A stretch of 64,000 nt of DNA, from assembly GCA_964016885.1 (NCBI GenBank), contig OZ024750.1, forward strand, positions 11,470,001 through 11,534,000, written 5' to 3'. Of this stretch, positions 27,071 to 40,615 are shown one piece after another. Both the position numbers and the translations under genes were made by a program. A model generated the notes under the pieces. It ran no database searches. It saw only the letters and a list, made by a program, of their open reading frames with translations, and was not told where the DNA came from. Every line of letters starts with the position of its first letter. Position 1 is the first letter of the stretch. This DNA comes from Eledone cirrhosa. Taxonomy: Eukaryota.

Positions 27071-27837
27071 ATATATACATGTGTGGTTTATATATATATA
27101 TGTGTGTGTGTGTATGAATGTACGTTTGTATATATGCATATATGTACGTATATATGTATGTACGTATATATGTATGTACGTATGTATGATGTACGTATGT
27201 ATGATGTACGTATGTATGATGTACGTATGATGTATGTATGTATGTATGTATGTATGTATGTATGTTCATATGTATGTATATATTATATAAATGAGACTCT
27301 ACCGAATGTGTATATATAACATGCAGAACGGTATTCGAGCTATTTTCTTTCAATCCTAGTGTTGATGTTAAAGATATCATTGTCACTACTTGCGCTCTAT
27401 ATTTATACATATATGTAAACTGATCGTCTCTAAGTCTTGTACACGGAGTTGAATATGCTTTGCTCATGAGATTTAATATGATTGAAACATGTTGCCATGA
27501 AAGACTAGATCCAATTCTAACTACATTTTCTTTATTTACAAAAGAAAACAACATTGAGTTAGATGATATTATGGAGGTTTACGTCTGGAATACATAGGCC
27601 ATACATCAAGTCTGGAACTGAACAACAACTATGTTAGTGCACGATGTTTAGCCCACGCTGTAATTAGGTGCCACATCGTAAACAACCTCGGATGGTCACA
27701 GAAGTGGAAGAGAGATACGAAACACTGATTCTTCGGTTGGTTTTCTGGGATTGTTTCCAATTCCATCATCTGCAATTTTCAATCCCATTACAATATTTTA
27801 CTGGACAAAATATCATTAGGCTTTTTTTTTTGTTTAA

Positions 27838-28059
27838 TCCTTTAGCATTTACATTATTCTATATACACTATTGTATTTTCATGGTAAATACTTTATTTCA
27901 CATAATTATCTCATATAATATCGAATCTATGAGATTTTGATATTATTTATTTTTGAGAACAATACCTTAATATAAAAATGAGCAACCAGTTATGACCAGT
28001 TTGAACAGAAAGAGCTGAGAGAATTCTGGCCGGATACGGCCGGTTTAAATTCTAAAGGG
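27838..28059. mobile_element. piggyBac-type MITE copy 1
   Basis: TTAA-(t)cctttagcattta ... taaattctaaaggg-TTAG; homologous to copies 2 and 3. Confidence 0.75.
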
Positions 28060-28441
28060 TTAGGCCCAGATTACCCCTAATCTATCAAAGGAATTGTAGC
28101 CATAATTATCCGGTCATTCAGGTGTTTTATCTCATACTTTCTCTTATGTATTCTCCTTTAATTAAAAAAAAATAATAATAAATGGAGACTGTTTTGGGAG
28201 CTTGAGTAGCCTTGTAGATACTTCCTCGTTAGAGACGAAATAAGTGTTGATACTAGATACGTTTTATCTAAGATAGTATAAACATTTATTAGAGAGGGGA
28301 GGAAGATAGAGGGAGTGAAAGAGCGAGAGAGAGAAAGAGAGAGAAAGAAATAGAGAGAGGGAGATAGGGGTGGGGGAAAGAGAGTGAAAGAGAAAGAGAA
28401 AGAGAGAGAGAGAGAGAGAGCTAGAGAGAAAGAGAGAGAGA

Positions 28442-28490
<49 letters not shown>

Positions 28491-28610
28491 CAAGAAAGAG
28501 AGAAAGAAAGAAAGAGCAAGCGAGAGAGAGAAAGAGAAAGAGAGAAAGAGCTAAAGAGAGAAAGAGAGACCGAGAAATAGAGAGAAAGACAGACAGAGAA
28601 ATAGAGAGAA

Positions 28611-28641
<31 letters not shown>

Positions 28642-28642
28642 C

Positions 28643-28800
28643 TCCAGTGTATTACTGGTACTTTATTTTATCGACTCCGTAAGGATGAAAGGCAAAGTTA
28701 ACCTCGGCGGGATTTGAACACAGATCATAAAGGGCCGTAACTCTATGTTGCAAAGCATGGCGTCCGACCCTCTACTGATACTGCCAATCCACCACCCTAC
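28643..28800 (-). mobile_element. SINE family 1
   Basis: Reverse complement of the A/B boxes and core. Confidence 0.85.
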
Positions 28801-28909
28801 TATTAATAAAATAATAATATATAAATATATATGAGAGAGAAAGAGAGTGAGAGAGAATGTATCGCGTGTGATAGAGAGAGAGTATGAGAAGAGAGAGAGG
28901 GGGGCATAT

Positions 28910-29990
28910 ATATATGTGAAGGTACAGTTATATGTGAAAGTACAGTTATATGTGAAGGTAGAGTTATATGGGAAGGTACAGTTATATGTGAAGGTAGAGT
29001 TATATGTGAAGGTACAGTTGTGTGTGAAGGTACAGTTATATGTGAAGGTACAGTTATATGGGAAGGTAGAGATATGTGTGAAGGTACAGTTATATGTGAA
29101 GGTACAGTTATATGGGAAGGTAGAGATATGTGTGAAGGTACAGTTATATGTGAAGGTACAGTTATATGTGAAGGTAGAGTTATATGTGAAGGTACAGATA
29201 TATGTGAAAGTACAGTTATATGTAAAGGTACAGTTATATGTGAAGGTACAGTTATATGTGAAGGTAGAGTTATATGTGAAGGTACAGTTGTGTGTGAAGG
29301 TACAGTTATATGTGAAGGTACAGTTATATGTGAAGGTACAGTTATATGTGAAGGTACAGTTATATGTGAAGGTACAGTTATATGTGAAGGTAGAGTTATA
29401 TGGGAAGGTACAGTTATATGGGAAGGTAGAGATATGTGTGAAGGTACAGTTATATGTGAAGGTAGAGTTATATGTGAAGGTAGAGTTATATGTGAAGGTA
29501 CAGATATATGTGAAAGTACAGTTATATGTGAAGGTACAGTTATATGTGAAGGTAGAGTTATATGTGAAGGTACAGTTGTGTGTAAAGGTACAGTTATATG
29601 TGAAGGTACAGTTATATGTGAAGGTACAGTTATATGTGAAGGTACAGTTATATGTGGAGGTACAGTTATATGTGAAGGTACAGACATATGTGAAGGTACA
29701 GTTATATGTGAAGGTAGAGTTATATGTGAAGGTACAGATATATGTGAAAGTACAGATATATGTGAAAGTACAGTTATATGTGAAGGTACAGTTATATGTG
29801 AAGGTAGAGTTATATGTGAAGGTACAGTTGTGTGTGAAGGTACAGATATATGTGAAGGTACAGTTATATGTGAAGGTAGAGATATGTGTGAAGGTCGAGT
29901 TATGTGTGAATGTGTGAAGGTAGGGATATATGTGAAGGTACAGATATGTGAAGGTACAGTTGTGTGTGAAGGTACAGATATGTGAAGACT
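28910..29990 (-). repeat. 18-bp minisatellite, same family as 6652-6960, inverted
   Basis: Units such as tatatgtgaaggtacagt over ~1.1 kb. Confidence 0.9.
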
Positions 29991-31003
29991 AACTGTATGT
30001 TTGTTGGAGTATGCACGTATCTCTGAGTATGGAGAGGTGAGAAAGAAAACAAATGTATAAACGAAGAAAAGACGATGAATCAAAGAGAAGAAATGGAAGA
30101 AAGAGAGGAAAATTGGAGAAGGAATGGGGGACAAATATATATAAAGCAAATAAACAAAGAAAAAAAACATTATCAAATAAAAAAAAATCAAGAAAAGTTA
30201 AATGATGAAAAAATTATTTTAAGAAAACCTTAATTGAATATGGCCTGAATTGGTCGAAATATTTGTTCCTATTTTTGTTTGTGTTATTATTTCACTGCTA
30301 ACATTAAAACACAACTACCACCACCTCAAACTACTGTTCGACATCATCTACTCCTACCCCAGACTACTATCAACATTAGAACGATCGTTCAGTTGAATGC
30401 GTGTCGGACCCAAGCCCATTACCTCATTGTATGTTGGAAATACGAACTCGGTAGTATGTGTGTGCAAACATTCTACTGTCATTGTTACTATTGTTGCCAT
30501 CGGCATCGAGAAAAGGAAATGTCTTTTGAGCAAAGTTTTTTCATTACCATCACCATCATCATCATCAACATCATCATTATCATTATCATCGTCATTGTCG
30601 ACGTCATCCTCGGGGTAGAAGAAAAACAAGAAGAAGAACAAGAAGAACAAGGACAAAAAGAAGAAAAACAGGAAGAAGAACAAGAACAAAAACAAAAAGG
30701 AAGATGTGATAAGGAATTCTTCAACCCTCTATTTATCGAAATAATTCATATTTTAAGAAGCTTGCGTGCTTCCTTCCATTTGTTGCCTCATTATCAAAAT
30801 ATGTCACCTGCTGATTAACATATATTTCCGAACTGATAATCTAAAGATAAAAAAAAACTAGAGAATTCTTCGCTAAACCATCTCTTCTCATTACTTTATT
30901 CAGCTGAAAATTTTATTAAACTGAAGAAAAAAGATATTTATTTATTTGATTTGAAAGTACTTCAATATTTTTTTCTTATATTTTGTTTCTATTACAAAGG
31001 AAG

Positions 31004-31112
<109 letters not shown>

Positions 31113-33843
31113 TAGGCAGGCATACAAGTGTTCAGGGTTAACAATAACTCTCAACGAATGATTTTTGCAACACTTTCAGGCCTTCGTATTGATATTTATG
31201 GAACTTGCTTATGTCTATATTTATTAGAAGCAACTCTGTGTCATTCCATGTGGATTATAATTACAAATGGAATCCGGTTCACATTTCTGAGATGCCAAAA
31301 TTATTACAATTCTATAAGTAACTTATTTTCTCAGCTTCTCAACTCGCTTCTCCATGATATTATATACAATCAGTATTGCTGCTACATTGGTAATTAAAAG
31401 ACTACTGTTCATTTTATCTTGTTTAATGTATTATGTATGGGCTGGTTATCTGTTAAAGATCGTTAACCGCATTTTCTTTATCTAAACCATTTGGATTTAA
31501 ATAACTGCTTACAAACAGAATTTAGTGTTTAAGAAACTAGAATGTTGCAGCTAGGCGTATATAAAGTATGTGACATCATTTTATTCCGTGGATTATATTT
31601 TGTAAATGCTTATGCTGGACTCTGATATAATCTGAAACATTGATGCAGTAAATTGAATATGTGAGCGGCATTCGTTATATATTATATAGGATCTGAAAAA
31701 CGATGATAAATTTTCTAGACTGTTTTGCTCAACTTAGATTGAATCGTTTCACCTAGGCAAGAGAGAGAAAGTCTTTCTTATTTATACATGGAACATTCCA
31801 TTTACGAAATTAATGGCTATGTAAAAACATATTCTGTGTGTTTCCTTGTGGTCAACTCAACTGATTTGCCATTTTATGATCCTTTTAACTGCCGCCCTAG
31901 TATTAAATCTTGGCTCTCGAAACTTTAATCCTAATTTCTACGATAATTTTGTTACTGTTTTGATGGATGATATATTTCGTTTCATCGCATTACGCAATGA
32001 TATGGAACAAGTTTTCATTTCAGTTAGAAATATAATGGACATTTACAATCGCCATTTTAAAATTCTCTTTGTAGTTTAGTTACCTTCATTCTTTGAAATA
32101 TACTGCCAGTGAACATTTGACTTGTGTAATGTAATGCTCTTTAATACATCACTGATCTTACAAGCATTGCAAACTATTATGTTTTATTCTGTCAGGTCAC
32201 AAACTAATATTACAAAATTACATGCTATGACTAGAGATTGTATTAATGGACATAATTTCCATTCTTATTTTTCTTTTTTCTTTTTCTGCTGTTCAAGTGA
32301 GATTTTACAGCTTTTGTTTTTCATTTTCCAAAATATTCTTTCTATAATTATTCCCTCGATTTACACACTTTGTTCCGGTTTCGCATTCGTCCAGGAAGAT
32401 GTAAGATGCATGTTCTTCAACCTATGTATTACTTATCTGTCATACTGTTCAAAAATGTTCGTCTGTTTTGTTATTCACTTTATCGTTTGACATCAACATT
32501 CTGCCACTTGTCAAAGACAAATGGCATTTTACTGTCCACAGAAGATTACTTGAAAATTCTAGCGAACAGTTTGTTGAATTTATTTACAGTTAAACAATAA
32601 AAAGGTGGTGATATTTAAACCTGGTCTTTTCTCTTCTTATGTCGTATCTTAAATTAGCATTTTTTAACGATCAACTTACAGATCCCATGTCTCATACAAA
32701 GGAAACCAAGAAATATTAATAATATGAAATCTCTTGAAACATTCCAGAAACTGGAATATGAAACCTCAGTAATGTTAAAAGTTGCCAGCTTGTGTTATCA
32801 TGTTAAAGGTGTTCACTTTTATGTCATCAAATTTCTGAGTAACCAGTATCTTGAACTGTATTAGAATTGAAAACATTATCATAGTTGTCTATCTAGATAT
32901 ATGAGAGTATCGTCTTTCATAACTTTGCTTCATATACAGCTTTGCTATACACCTATCATTCTATAGAAGAAATTATTTATTTTTATACCACAATTGGTAA
33001 ACAAACATTATCGTTGGTTACGGGTTTCTAACTAACTAATCACTACGAGAGTGACAAGGATGTATATATAACTCGGCACAGAACAAATAGTTCAAAGAAC
33101 TTCATTTAAATATCAATGACTTCATCCTTCGCCCCAGCATGGCCGCAGACTATCGACTAAAATCAGTCAAAGATATATATATATATATATAATATAGAAA
33201 TGGCTTCTATAGGACTAGAACTGTGGTTACCCCCGATTGAACCAGGAATACACAGACATATATGTATGTATGTATGTGTGTGTATGTGTGTGTGTGTCAG
33301 TGAGAGTGTGTGTGTGTGTATAGACACCACATATCCCACAAAACGACACCAAGTCACAGAATATACACCATTTATCTAGAAAATCAACTCCACTAAATCT
33401 TCTGTAAAAATAAAATAAAGTTTTATATATTTTACATAACATCAGGTTATACACACAACGCACAACCCAAATAAACTCGTCTATCAAATCCTCTTACACT
33501 TTACCAATATATTGAGAAAAAAAAATTGAAAATAAAAAAATAATAAGCGCAAAAATCCTGATTTGGGAGCAACAGATTTTATCAGACTGTAGCTTTCGCT
33601 ATAACACGTTGATTGTGGTTTTCCAGAATTATTTCATCTTATTAGACAAAACTGGAACAGTTTAATAAACGACAGGTTAATAGGGAGGGGTCACGAGAGA
33701 TTAGATCATTTAGGGGAGCTTTAAAATGAGGGGTTAACAAGAATGTGTCACGGTAGATAAGTTGATCATTGGGAGACATTTAAAATGACAGGTAAAGAGG
33801 AGTGTGTCACGACAGATGAGTAAATCATTTTGGGGAGCTTTAA

Positions 33844-34054
33844 CCCTTTATTATTCTATATTTACTATTTTATTTTCACAGTAAAGGCTTTATCTCACAT
33901 AATCATCTCATATAATATCAAATCTATGGGATTTGATATTATTTATTTTGAGAACGATACCTTAACGTCAGTATGAGTGGTCCGTTACATCCGGTTTGAA
34001 CGGAAAGAGGTGAGAGAATTCTGGCCGGACACGGCCGGTTTAAATGCTAAAGTG
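33844..34054. mobile_element. piggyBac-type MITE copy 2, inserted in a ~60-bp tandem repeat
   Basis: TTAA on both sides, CCCTTTA start, taaatgctaaagtg end. Confidence 0.75.
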
Positions 34055-34189
34055 TTAAAACGACAGGTTAACAGAGATATGTTACAGCAGATAAGTTGAT
34101 TATTTGGAGGGGAGAGGCATTTGAGAGTCAGAATCTACAAACGAATGTAATTATAACTCTGGTTGGGTTTGCTTAAAGCTACTGTAACC

Positions 34190-34735
34190 TCGTTCCATAA
34201 CAACATATTGAAGCAGTATCACCAATAAACTAGATATTTCTAAAACTCTTCTATAACATACTGAACGAGTATCAACCTTGTTCTATAACAAATTGAACGA
34301 GTGTCAACCTCGTTCTATAACATATTGAACGAGTGTCACTCTCGTTCGGTAACATATTGAATGAGTATCACCCTCATTCTGTAACATAATGAACGAGTGT
34401 CACCCTCGTTCAGTAACATATTAAACGAGTGTCACCCTCGTTCTATAACAAATTGAACGAGTATCACCCTCGTTCTGTAACATTAAACGAGTATCAACCT
34501 CGTTCAGTAACATATTGAACGAGTATCAACCTCGTTCTGTAACATATTGAACGAGTATCAACCTCGTTCAGTAACATATTGAACGAATGTCACCCTTGTT
34601 CTGTAACATATTGAACGAGTATTACCAATAAACTAGATATTGATCATTCTAGAACTCTCCAGTAACATATTGAACTAGTATTAGTATCACTCTCGTTCTG
34701 TACCATATTTAACAAGTATCACCAATAAACTAGAC
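34190..34735. repeat. About 32-bp hairpin-forming tandem repeat
   Basis: Unit aacatatt-gaacgag-tatcaac-ctcgttc-tgt, about 12 copies. Confidence 0.85.
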
Positions 34736-35504
34736 GTTATTCCAGAACAGTTTTGTCTATTTACAATACTACATTTTTATAATCTTCTTATCAATTTTTA
34801 TTGCTTTTCTTCTCTTCTATTGTTTTGCCTTTTTTTCTTTTGCATTAAATTACTTTTCCTAAAAAAGCGTCGTCACAAACCGTTGGTATATAATCCTTAA
34901 CGAATGTCTTATTCTACATTGCAACTTACTATATAATTTATAGTGATTATTTGTTTAAAGAATATTTTTTTCGCTTTCCTTAACACTATATCCTTTTAAT
35001 CTTTTATTTAATACTGCTTTAAAGATTCTAAATATTCCTTTCGTCTGGTTATATTTTTGTTATTTTTTTTTTTTTTTTTTTTTTTCAAATATTTGTTTTC
35101 ATTTTTCTAGTTATTTTCTATATTTGATCACATGTAATATGTTTTTAATTTTTACTGGATGAATATTATTAACTGCTGACATCTGTTATTTTACGTACTT
35201 TACTACAAAAGATGACTAGTCTATCTTTCCGGTTCCCTTCTCTCTGGTTATATTCCATACATCACAATATACGCCCTTGTTCATTTATTTTTACCATTTT
35301 TATCCGATACTTTCGTTGAATGAATACAAACGTTTATGATAAAGTTCAGCTCACATATATGTGAATTATGTTGGCATTCTATGTTAGAAAAACTCCCTTT
35401 GTGTATCTCGTCTATGTTCTCTTTGAATTTATTGCTGTTCTCTAAAATTAGTGTTTTATTTTTGTCTTTCTTTTTCCCTTATATAAGGTAAAAAAGAAAC
35501 AGGT

Positions 35505-35542
<38 letters not shown>

Positions 35543-35917
35543 ATAAACCTTTTTAAAACAACTTTCATGTGAAAAGACTTGTCGCGCTTGATTGCAAATC
35601 AAAATCCCACTACATATCTATTTGTCATGAGATGAAAATAAAACTCCGCTATTGTTTGTGTGAAAAGGCATGTATGGCCAAGTGGTTGGAATGTTAAACT
35701 CAAGATTGTGAAGTTGAGTTCGGGTAGCGTGTTGTGTCCTTCATCAAAACACTTTATTTTCCATTGCTTTATTCCTCTCAGTTGCTAAAAATGAGTTGTG
35801 TCAACACTAGTGCCAAGCTGTATCAAGCCTATACAATTGCTTTGGATAACATTAGTGGCGTAGAATCAATAACATGTATTGTTGTTGTTATTATTAGGAC
35901 GGTGAATTATTATTATT

Positions 35918-36052
35918 AGGGTGGTGAATCGGCAGTATCGGTAGAGGGTTGGCCGCCATGCTTTCTAGCATAGTTACGTCCCATCACGGTCTGAGTTCGA
36001 ATCCCGTCGTGGTTAACTTTGCCTTTCATCCTTACGGAGTCGATAAAATAAT
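35918..36052 (+). mobile_element. SINE family 1 (3'-truncated)
   Basis: ggcagtatcggtagag, GTTCGAATCC and core. Confidence 0.8.
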
Positions 36053-36910
36053 AGAAAATCATTTATTTCCCATTATTGCCACTGAACACATACACACATA
36101 CATACATGGACGTATATACATTTAAACTCACACACATATAGATACATACACGGATATATATACGTCTTTCACAGTCTAGAAAAAATTCCAATTCACATTC
36201 GTTCTTTCTTCTTATTTCTAAATTATTACCTGTGTTATTTTAACTTTCCGTTTTCAGTGAAATCATGATTCGGAATAAAGCCTCAATGGTTTAATTTTTT
36301 TTTTATGTGTATGGGTGCATCTGTGCATGTGCGTGTGTTTTTATATGTTGCTTGAGTAGATTGAGTCTTAAAGACAATTTCCCCTCATCTTTTGTGTTTC
36401 ACTTTCAAAAGAACATTCCTCGGATCAGATTATAGGAAATATCCTATAGCGTATTGATTTACAATGATCGATAAAAGTTCGCAACAAATATCAAGTTTCT
36501 CTTTATCTTCACACAATGAATGTTTATATATGAACACCAGAAGATATTTAGAGACTAGACATATAGAAGTGTTGTGGCTTAAATAGAGTCATAGAAGATG
36601 GAGTTAAGAATCTGTTGGAATCAAAGTTGCCTGTCATACTTCTAGGATTGAACAAATATCAGGTCAGGTCATTAAGTATGAAATGTCTTATTCCAAATTG
36701 AAAATGCTTAGGAAATCGGATATTTCATACCTAAGAACCTAATATATATATAAGTTTATCCCGGGTTCTTACTGTGGTACTTACTGTGGTTACCCCCGAT
36801 TGAACCCGGGATAAACTTATAATATATATATATATAAGTTTATCCCGGGTTCAATCGGGAGTAATCACAGAAAGTAAGGTACTCAATACATAGCAGAGTA
36901 TAAATATTTA

Positions 36911-36981
36911 ATATAGAAATGGCTTCCTGGTGATTTCTCCCGAATGAGACAGTTCTAGTCCTGTAGAATCCATGTATATAT
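36911..36981 (+). ncRNA. Degenerate type I hammerhead, family C
   Basis: atagaaatggcttc-CTGGTGA-tttctcccgaat-GAGA-cag-ttctagtc-ctg-TA-gaatccat; two core substitutions relative to consensus. Confidence 0.55.
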
Positions 36982-37084
36982 TGAATATATATATATATGA
37001 GACCCGGGTTCAATCGGGAGTAACCACAGTTAGTAAGGTACTCAATACATTATTAGATTGTAAACATCAAGTCTAATATAGAAA

Positions 37085-37133
37085 TGGCTTCTACAGGACT
37101 AGAACTGTTTCATTCAAAAGAAACCATCAGGAA
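37085..37133 (-). ncRNA. Degenerate type I hammerhead, family C
   Basis: Minus strand ttc-CTGATGG-tttcttttgaat-GAAA-cag-ttctagtc-ctg-TA-gaagcca. Combined with the 36911 copy, the consensus core is canonical CTGATGA/GAAA. Confidence 0.55.
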
Positions 37134-37149
37134 ATTAATGTTGATCTTA

Positions 37150-37850
37150 GTCATCATCATCATCATCATCAGATATCACCTGCTCTCAGTAGGGTGAATA
37201 TCATGGATTGCCAGCTCCGTCTTTCTAGTGCTTTTCTTGTATCAGGGGTTCCTAACCCTTTTTGCGTCATTGCCAACTTTCCTCTGGAAAGATTATCCAC
37301 CGCCTACCTATATAGTAATTATTCAAAAACATACCAAAAATGTTGGTAAAAGTTTGTTACTGGTTCGTTTTTCTCATTTAGCCTCTCACAGAGAGAGGGA
37401 GGGGGGAGGGTTCTTTGCATATCTTCTTTGAATATTTTTCAGGTAGCATATGTTGAAATATCTTAATACTCAACAAAATCCTATATCATTTACCATGTTT
37501 TGTTCAGTTGTTCATCATCCCCCCCACCTCACCCCCCAGGAGGTGAAATCGTCCACGGGTGGCTGATATCACCCAGGTTAGGAAACCCTGCCCTATACAT
37601 CCAATGTATTTGAAATCTGTCCAATTTTTGATATTATTCATCCAAGTAATCTTAAATTTTACTTTTCCTCTCTTTCCATTCATTTTGCTTTCCATTAACA
37701 ATAGTCTTTGTAAACCATTATATTTTCCTAATAAATGTCTTAGTTAAAATCTTAGTTTCACTATTTGATGGTGTCTTCATTTTATTTTTTCCTATTTTAG
37801 TATTGTGTCAATTGTTTTGTCTTCGGTCCAAGATATAAACTTAGTCATTG
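37150..37850 (-). mobile_element. RTE LINE 3' remnant with (GAT)n tail, interrupted by a MITE
   Basis: LMESKMNGKRGKVKFKITWMNNIKNW resembles the RTE C-terminus. It continues across the MITE as RKALERRSWQSM and ends in (GAT)n. Confidence 0.65.
37243..37590. mobile_element. hAT-type MITE
   Basis: TIRs CAGGGGTTCCTAACC / GGTTAGGAAACCCTG. Flanking 8-mers tcttgtat and ccctatac differ only by transitions, suggesting a decayed TSD. Confidence 0.6.
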
Positions 37851-38347
37851 AGATTAAAATATTTAAACTTTCATCGTTACAAACTTATCGTATGACATTA
37901 TAACCTCTATGACTTCAAACGTAACCAACGTGTTACTGCATCTCCCAGTTTCTATCAATTTAATTAACTCTTCACAGTTAATCTTTGACCAGCTCTCGTT
38001 AGTAATTTGTATAACCGATAGAAACATTAACACTTAATACCAGACCTTCGATTTATTCAGATTCCATAACCATTTAATCACTTCGGCAATTCACGGAAGA
38101 ACGAACTACTCCAATCAGCAACAATTAATTAATACAATTAAAAGACCTTTCGATGAAGTATGAATGGGTTCTGAGTTCAAAGCCCAACGGAATCCACTTT
38201 ATCTTTCATCGATATCAATGGATAATGAGATCGCCATTCATATATTTAGTAATCGATGACCTCTTGACTCAATTTTATCGCATTATGCCAACGTCAAAAA
38301 CGATAGAAAAGATTATTATTATTGAATTGACAAGGGCAGATATTAAC

Positions 38348-38850
38348 AGTATCGGACGCCATGCTTTGCAGCATAGAGTTACGGCCCTTTATGATCTGTG
38401 TTCAAATCCCGCCCAGGTTAGGTTTGCCTTTCATCCTTATGGGGGGGGGTCGATAAAATAAAGTAACAGTCACGCACTGGGGGTCGATTTAATCGACTTT
38501 CCCCTCCCCCAAAATTGCTGGCCTTGTGCCTATATAAGAAATCATTATTATTGAATTGACAGTATTGGTAGAGCATCGGACACCATGCTTTGTGGCATAG
38601 AGTTACGGCCCTTTGCGTTCTGATTTCAAATCCTACCGAGGTTAGCTTTGCCTTTCATCCCTTTTTAAGCCCGACGGAGCCCATTCCTCTTCAGGCCAGA
38701 GTACAGCAGATTTCTTCCAGAGAAGAATAGAAAGTAATAGAGAGGAAGAGATATAGGGCAAGAATCAACCTCAATATTAGACTGGTATTTTTTATCGACC
38801 TCGAAAGAATGAGGCAATGTTGTCCTCGACAAGATTTGAACTGAGAGAGC
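38348..38850. mobile_element. Cluster of SINE family 1 copies (+ 38348-38550, + 38553-38665, - ~38760-38850)
   Basis: Shared B box and core sequences. Confidence 0.75.
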
Positions 38851-39457
38851 AGAGAGCTAGAATACCATAAACTTTATGGTAAATGATATTTTTCCATTAC
38901 TACATCTGTGGTTAATACAAATTATTTTTAAGTATAGTCAACACTCGTGATTAAATTTTAGCTTGTGTAATTTTCCATAATTATTCTTTTATGGCCTTCG
39001 TCCGGCCCGCTATCCGTCATTAATACACGATCCGGCCCGTGGAGGCAAAGAAGTTGCCGAGTCCTGCCATAAAGCATTGTATCTGACGTTCTAACCACTC
39101 TGTCAATTCGCCAGTTAGAATAACATTAAATGCATTTATCACTATGTCACGTTCATTTACCTATTGAACAATATACCTAACAATATATGTATAGTCCCCA
39201 TTACACAAATTATTACGATACAATTAATATTCTAGAATTTCTTGTTTTTATAAACGTCGCCTTGTCCAAATCTCACCTAAACTGTCGATGAAATAAATAT
39301 ATATTTATCCAGAATTAAGAAGGACGTAGTGATGGATTTAAAAGAATCATTTGAGCAATGGAATATTGCTGAAAAACAAACAAATCAGGCCAACCTTGTC
39401 CTGTACTAAAACCTAAAGCAGGCACACGTGTATTACAAATTAGATTGTATAAAAAGA

Positions 39458-39662
39458 ACGATCGACTTTCGTCAAATCGGACCGAGGAAACAATGTTTCC
39501 GTTGGTCTTTCCAATTGCTAATACTATCTATCGGTCGCAACTCCAGGTAAAAGGAGCAACGTGAAATAAAGTGTCTTGCTCAAGGACATAACGCATCGCC
39601 TGGTCCAGGAATCGAACTCACAACCTCACGATTGCGAATCCAATTCTCTATCCACTCACCCA
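39458..39662 (-). mobile_element. SINE family 2
   Basis: Reverse complement of 6190-6378. More diverged relatives at ~35665-35770 (+) and ~56510-56620 (-). Confidence 0.8.
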
Positions 39663-40468
39663 CTAGTTGTGTATAAGTAAATGAGATGAAAAACTATACA
39701 GTTGGTCATACTTATGTTTTGTTTCTTTCAGAAAACATCAGGGGAATCGTGTTAACTGCTATTCTAATTTTAAACATATTCTGATTACTACAAACATCAT
39801 TTTAAATCTATGATGTCACGGGACAAGATAATCTCTGAGAAGTAGAGAACACTATGGCATCTGTAGAATAACCAAAAAAAGGAGGAAACAGGAGTGTCAA
39901 GATACGTGAGTGAGAGGGGGGCAGGTTTCACCCGCAATTGTCGAGACAATAGCTTTTTTAGTAAAAGTCAACATTTCCATTACAAGTTTTGTTCAAAAGA
40001 ATAGACAGTTATCTTTGAGACGCGACATGCTGTGACACGTTCTCTACTTCCAGCTTAGTCCCCCTCGGCTCCCAAACCCCAGTACCGCAATGCAAAGGAG
40101 AGGAAGACAAGCAAATACCGGAGTTTGTCCGGCCTCTTCCCCTTTGTACCGGTTGCCGTCGAAACCTCAGACGTCCTCAGACTCTATCTAGCTGACTTCC
40201 TCCTCCGTAAAGTCAAATCGAGAGCATCCTGACTGAGGAAGAAGTTCCGTGATGTGGGTTGGCTGTTGTGTCACTGGCCATTATTCGCGGGACACAGCAA
40301 AAACACCTCTCTGACCTAGGTGTAGTGTCACCCTCTTCTCTTCCCCCTTTCTTCCTTTACCTATGTCATTCCTGTTCCCCTCCTTTTCCTCTCATTTATG
40401 GCATTTCTAGTACTTTCCTATCCTTTCTTTTTCTTTATGTTTAACCAATCTATAGTTATATCAACAAT

Positions 40469-40615
40469 AGGGCGGTGGTTTGACAGTATCGGTAGAGCGT
40501 CAAACACCAAGCTTTGCAGCATAGTTCAAAACCGCCGAGGTTAACTTTGTCTTTCATCCTTACAAGGTCGATAAAATAAAGTACCAGTGATACTTTGTGC
40601 CAAAAGTAGAAACTA
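40469..40615 (+). mobile_element. SINE family 1 (internally deleted)
   Basis: Head, core and gtgccaaaagtagaaac tail. Confidence 0.75.

Noticed and set aside
28803-30191. 462-aa PSHITV-repeat ORF and its opposite-strand ORFs
   Set aside because: Product of the 18-bp minisatellite, open on both strands, with no non-repetitive domain.
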